Both the position numbers and the translations under genes were made by a program. From a virus (taxonomy: Duplodnaviria; Caudoviricetes), in IMG/VR virus record IMGVR_UViG_3300031953_000084, positions 1 to 28,110 of that record: DNA of 28,110 nt, one strand, 5' to 3'. Under the pieces are notes generated by a model, which saw nothing but the letters and a program-made list of their open reading frames with translations, had not been told where the DNA came from and made no database searches. The number at the start of each line of letters is the position of its first letter. Position 1 is the stretch's first letter. Positions 24,950 to 28,110 of the stretch are shown piece by piece.

Positions 24950-27043
24950 TCACTCCAAATAGGACATGCGCCGGATAGGCTTGCGGGCCTGCGCGGCGGC
25001 GGGCAAGGCATCCGGGGCAACGCCCCCGATCAGCTCAACCGCGTTGGGATTTTCCAGACCGCCAAGAGCCCAAGGCTTAGGGCTTACCGGGTCCAGCTTT
25101 AAAAGGCCCTTATGCTCAGCAACCGCTTGCGCGTATCCGCTCAAGTCAATGCTTTCATTTCGGGGCATGTTGGGGCGCTTAACCCAACCCTTATCGCCAC
25201 GCTTTTCAGCGGTGAACTCTTTGATCCGATCATCTGGCATCCATTCGCCAAGGATCAGCGAGCCGGGCCCGCCATCGGCCCGGCCAAGCGATGCAAAGGT
25301 TGTGTCTTTGTGCTTGTCGGTTGCGATATTCAAAAGCTTGATGTCTCGGGCTTGCTTGCCATCGCTCGCGCGGGTTGGCGCGCGATACCATTGCCGACCC
25401 TCAACCTTGAAACCGCCGTGCCCCCGGATCATGAACCACTTGGAAGCCTCGCCGTCCTTGCGGCGGGCCTGCCAGAACTTTGTTGCATTGTCGGAAACGC
25501 CGGGCTTGCCGTGAAAGTCACACCCAAGCGCCAGAGGGCGCAGGCCATAGCGCGCGCCCTTGACTGGATAAACCGCATCCATCAACGGCAGCAAAACCGC
25601 CCAATCCTCAAGATATGTGGCCGGATCAAGCATTCGATCGGCAGCGTGCGGCGCACCCTCAGGCGGCGTGTGCAGATCAAAGCGGTCAATGATCGCCCTG
25701 CGCCCATCAACCCCGTAAGCGGTCACTTGCACGTCAAAGCGGTTGCCTTGCACGTCAACCGACACGATCACAAAGCGCGCCCATTCCGGCGCGATGCCCT
25801 GCGCGTAAGGCTTGCAGCTCGCGCGCAAATCCTCAAGGCTCAGCGCGCCCTCATCGCTCATCGCGCGGGGCAGATACGGCAATCCCTGATCGGTGTTGAT
25901 TGTGACTTGCAGCGGGCTTTCATCACCGCCCGCCTTGAGTGTCAAAAGCGCCGTTTCATACTTCCCAACCAAACGCGCCCAAGAGGCAAAAGCCGCCGCC
26001 GCGCCGTTCAACCAATAGCTCACGCGATCCGATTTCAGAACATCGCCGCTTTCAATGCGGGCAAGCCCACCCTCAGCGGCCTCATGCAACCAATATCCGG
26101 CGCGGTTGAGGTTAACCTTGTCGCGATGCTCAATCACGCACCCATTATGCGGGCAGATCATCACCGCCGATGCCCCGGCATCCGCCGGGCTCAGGCTCTT
26201 GTCATAGCTCAGCCGATCAAAGCGCGGCTCAAAAGCTTCACCGCAGCTTGGGCAATTCCAATGCCAACGCGCGCGCGTGCCGCCGTTGTATAGGTCCAGG
26301 ATGCCCGCGCAGGGCGGGGCCTCATGCGGCGTTGATGGCTTCCATTCCGGGTTGGTGATCACATGGCCGGGCGATGCCTCAGCCACAGTCATGCCGCGTG
26401 ATCCGAGCGTTTCCGTGCGTTTGGCCCCCATCGCAAAGGGCGAGCCCTCTTTGCCGATATTAAGCGCCATCCGATCAAGATCGGTGAAAAGCACGGTGCG
26501 CGTTGTCTTGCCGCTCAGAAATGCCTTGGTTGGCGGGCCGATGGCGACCTTTGCGCCGCCGATAAATTTCTTACTCAGGATATTGCGATCCGAGCGGCCC
26601 CGGCCCTGCCGCTTGGCAAGCTCAGGGCTGTTTTCAATCATCGGCATCAACTCTTGATCAACCCATGCCTCAGCCGTGGCCTCAGTCATATGCACAATCT
26701 GGCAAACACCCGGGTCACAAATCACCAGATGGCTCACCGTTGACATCAGCATGACGGTTTTGCCAGCCCGCGCCGGGCCTGCAAAGATCACCTCGCGATA
26801 GCGCCGGGAAATGGTCATTTCGGCAGGCTCAATCATGTAAGGCGTGACGCCGCGATCAAAGCTTGCCCAACGCCCGTTGGCGTTTACCTTCATGTAAGCC
26901 TCAGCGGCATCAACAACACCCATCCGGGTTGCAGGGCTCAGAGAGGGCAGGGCTTGCTCAAGCACCGATGGCGCGCTTGCATAGGGCGGCATCGGCGGCA
27001 GCTCAGGGATTTCCCCGGCGCGGCGATTTGGCAGCGTAACCAT
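24950..27043 (-). CDS. terL: Terminase large subunit (lambda gpA family)
   Basis: GPARAGKT Walker A, TDLDR Walker B variant, CPSC...CPHNGC, VDVQ and RNESID nuclease motifs. Confidence 0.95.
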   Translation of the reverse strand: MVTLPNRRAGEIPELPPMPPYASAPSVLEQALPSLSPATRMGVVDAAEAYMKVNANGRWASFDRGVTPYMIEPAEMTISRRYREVIFAGPARAGKTVMLMSTVSHLVICDPGVCQIVHMTEATAEAWVDQELMPMIENSPELAKRQGRGRSDRNILSKKFIGGAKVAIGPPTKAFLSGKTTRTVLFTDLDRMALNIGKEGSPFAMGAKRTETLGSRGMTVAEASPGHVITNPEWKPSTPHEAPPCAGILDLYNGGTRARWHWNCPSCGEAFEPRFDRLSYDKSLSPADAGASAVMICPHNGCVIEHRDKVNLNRAGYWLHEAAEGGLARIESGDVLKSDRVSYWLNGAAAAFASWARLVGKYETALLTLKAGGDESPLQVTINTDQGLPYLPRAMSDEGALSLEDLRASCKPYAQGIAPEWARFVIVSVDVQGNRFDVQVTAYGVDGRRAIIDRFDLHTPPEGAPHAADRMLDPATYLEDWAVLLPLMDAVYPVKGARYGLRPLALGCDFHGKPGVSDNATKFWQARRKDGEASKWFMIRGHGGFKVEGRQWYRAPTRASDGKQARDIKLLNIATDKHKDTTFASLGRADGGPGSLILGEWMPDDRIKEFTAEKRGDKGWVKRPNMPRNESIDLSGYAQAVAEHKGLLKLDPVSPKPWALGGLENPNAVELIGGVAPDALPAAAQARKPIRRMSYLE

Positions 27044-27639
27044 TAGATCAACCCCCGATCAAGCGGATCAAGCACATCAGGCCGCTCGCCAATTGCCGCC
27101 GCCTCTATCGCGGTCTTGATCGACAGCAAAACCTCATCATTGTAAGCAACCACGCGCTCAACATCCGCGCCGGTGAGCGAAAACTCACGCTCAAGCCAGT
27201 CGGGTTGACCATCAAGCCCGGCCCTGACCTCAGAGAAAACGAGATCAAGCAACTCAACCATCTCATCAACCTGCACCAATGAGCGGCGGCGCTCAGCGGC
27301 TTGCATCCAAACAAGCTCAGCCTGCGCCAGCTCGCGCATCTGCGCCGGGCTCAACCCGGCCTTTTGGTCTTTTTTATCAATGCCAAGAAACGCCATGCGC
27401 TGTTGCGCAACGAAATCATCAGCCGCGCGCTTTTCATTGGCGGCGCGCGCTTGCGTTTCATCGAACCACGCCTTGCAATCGGAAAACAGAAAGCCGTAGG
27501 CGACACCGTTGCCGCCCTCAGTATCAACCGGCATCCCCTTGGATCGCCATTTATCAATCGTGTTTTCGGATACGTTGAAAATTTGCGCAATCTGCGCCCT
27601 ATTCAAAAGCGGCTCAGCACCGCCGACATGATCGGTCAT
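27043..27639 (-). CDS. terS: Terminase small subunit (Nu1-like)
   Basis: N-terminal winged HTH LNRAQIAQIFNVSENTIDKW...GMP; coupled to terL. Confidence 0.9.
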   Translation of the reverse strand: MTDHVGGAEPLLNRAQIAQIFNVSENTIDKWRSKGMPVDTEGGNGVAYGFLFSDCKAWFDETQARAANEKRAADDFVAQQRMAFLGIDKKDQKAGLSPAQMRELAQAELVWMQAAERRRSLVQVDEMVELLDLVFSEVRAGLDGQPDWLEREFSLTGADVERVVAYNDEVLLSIKTAIEAAAIGERPDVLDPLDRGLI

Positions 27640-27773
27640 GGCTTGCCCCTCTTGGGAATAATTGAAAAGGCCGGGGCGACGGGATCAAAGCCCGCCGACA
27701 GCCCGGCCCGGTGCCGATGAAAACCGGCCCTTAAAAGCGCTCTTGGCGCATCCGTGCACATTACTAAATCGAG

Positions 27774-27791
27774 CGGGCCCCGAGGGGCCCG
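27774..27791. other. Inverted repeat, candidate cos-region element
   Basis: CGGGCCCC-GA-GGGGCCCG in the intergenic gap ~135 bp upstream of terS. Confidence 0.35.
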
Positions 27792-27849
27792 GCTTATTTA
27801 TCCATTGCGATCACCCCGCTCATAAAAGAAATCCTCAAGGCGAGGGGGA

Positions 27850-28110
27850 TCAGCGCCCACCCGTCAACTCATCCCGCAACCGGAACCCAAGCAAAGGCCA
27901 AATCCTTTCACGGGCATTGCGGCGAGATATTGATTGCCCAATTTCGGCATCGAAATTTTCCGGCGAGGCGCACGCGCTTTCACCCGTGACAGTGAAGCCA
28001 TTGCGCAACGTGAGGGCGCAGACGGTAAGGCACGAGCCGGGGAAAACATGGAACTCACAGCCCGCGATTTCGGCATCAAGCATTTTGGGCGTAACCCGCT
28101 TTGCGGTTAG
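27850..28110 (-). CDS. Phage gp49/gp66-family protein (5'-partial)
   Basis: LTAKRVTP...TVCALTLRNGFTVTGESACASPENFDAEIG...IWPLLGF; frame open to the window edge. Confidence 0.85.
   Translation of the reverse strand, partial: LTAKRVTPKMLDAEIAGCEFHVFPGSCLTVCALTLRNGFTVTGESACASPENFDAEIGQSISRRNARERIWPLLGFRLRDELTGGR

Larger units (their letters stand above)
1..28110. mobile_element. Temperate siphophage genome segment (lambda-like head module, long non-contractile tail), attP intact
   Basis: Integrase, attP, lysis, tail, capsid, portal and terminase genes in canonical order; no host housekeeping genes. Confidence 0.95.

Noticed and set aside
21515-26293. Long plus-strand ORFs (21515-22972, 25112-26293) and similar antisense ORFs
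   Set aside because: Shadow frames of GC-rich capsid and terminase genes with no recognisable motifs
27750-27758. ATCCGTGCA, matching the arm repeat core, near terS
   Set aside because: A single 9-mer is plausible by chance in 28 kb; no tandem partner

Overview
The whole window is a temperate lambdoid-type siphophage, probably of an alphaproteobacterial (Rhodobacteraceae-like) host; the host is an inference from GC content, the tRNA-Arg(CCT) att core and GTA-like tail genes. The phage appears to be in excised/attP form. Left arm (1-5716, mostly + strand): the 3' part of a tyrosine integrase, an HNH nuclease, small hypothetical genes, a C5-methyltransferase-like gene and a SprT-like metalloprotease. 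These genes are punctuated by a recurring 14-bp palindromic operator. attP lies at ~5753-6037 (3' half of tRNA-Arg(CCT) flanked by a 23-bp direct repeat). Right arm (6059-28110, - strand) is the late region: gp49-like gene, terS, terL, gpW, portal, ClpP-capsid fusion, head-tail and tail genes with a GGGAAAG frameshift, tape measure, tail tip, an esterase-bearing tail spike and a lysis cassette. Translationally coupled to the lysis cassette is a three-gene nucleotide module: T5 A1-like metallophosphoesterase + HD hydrolase + dNMP-kinase-like P-loop protein. The most unusual items are that module, a gene-cassette architecture in which two unrelated early genes share near-identical 5' and 3' boundary elements, and a holin-like/SAR-endolysin fusion with a Flp-prepilin-like linker. 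All family assignments come from motif recognition by eye; no database searches were run.
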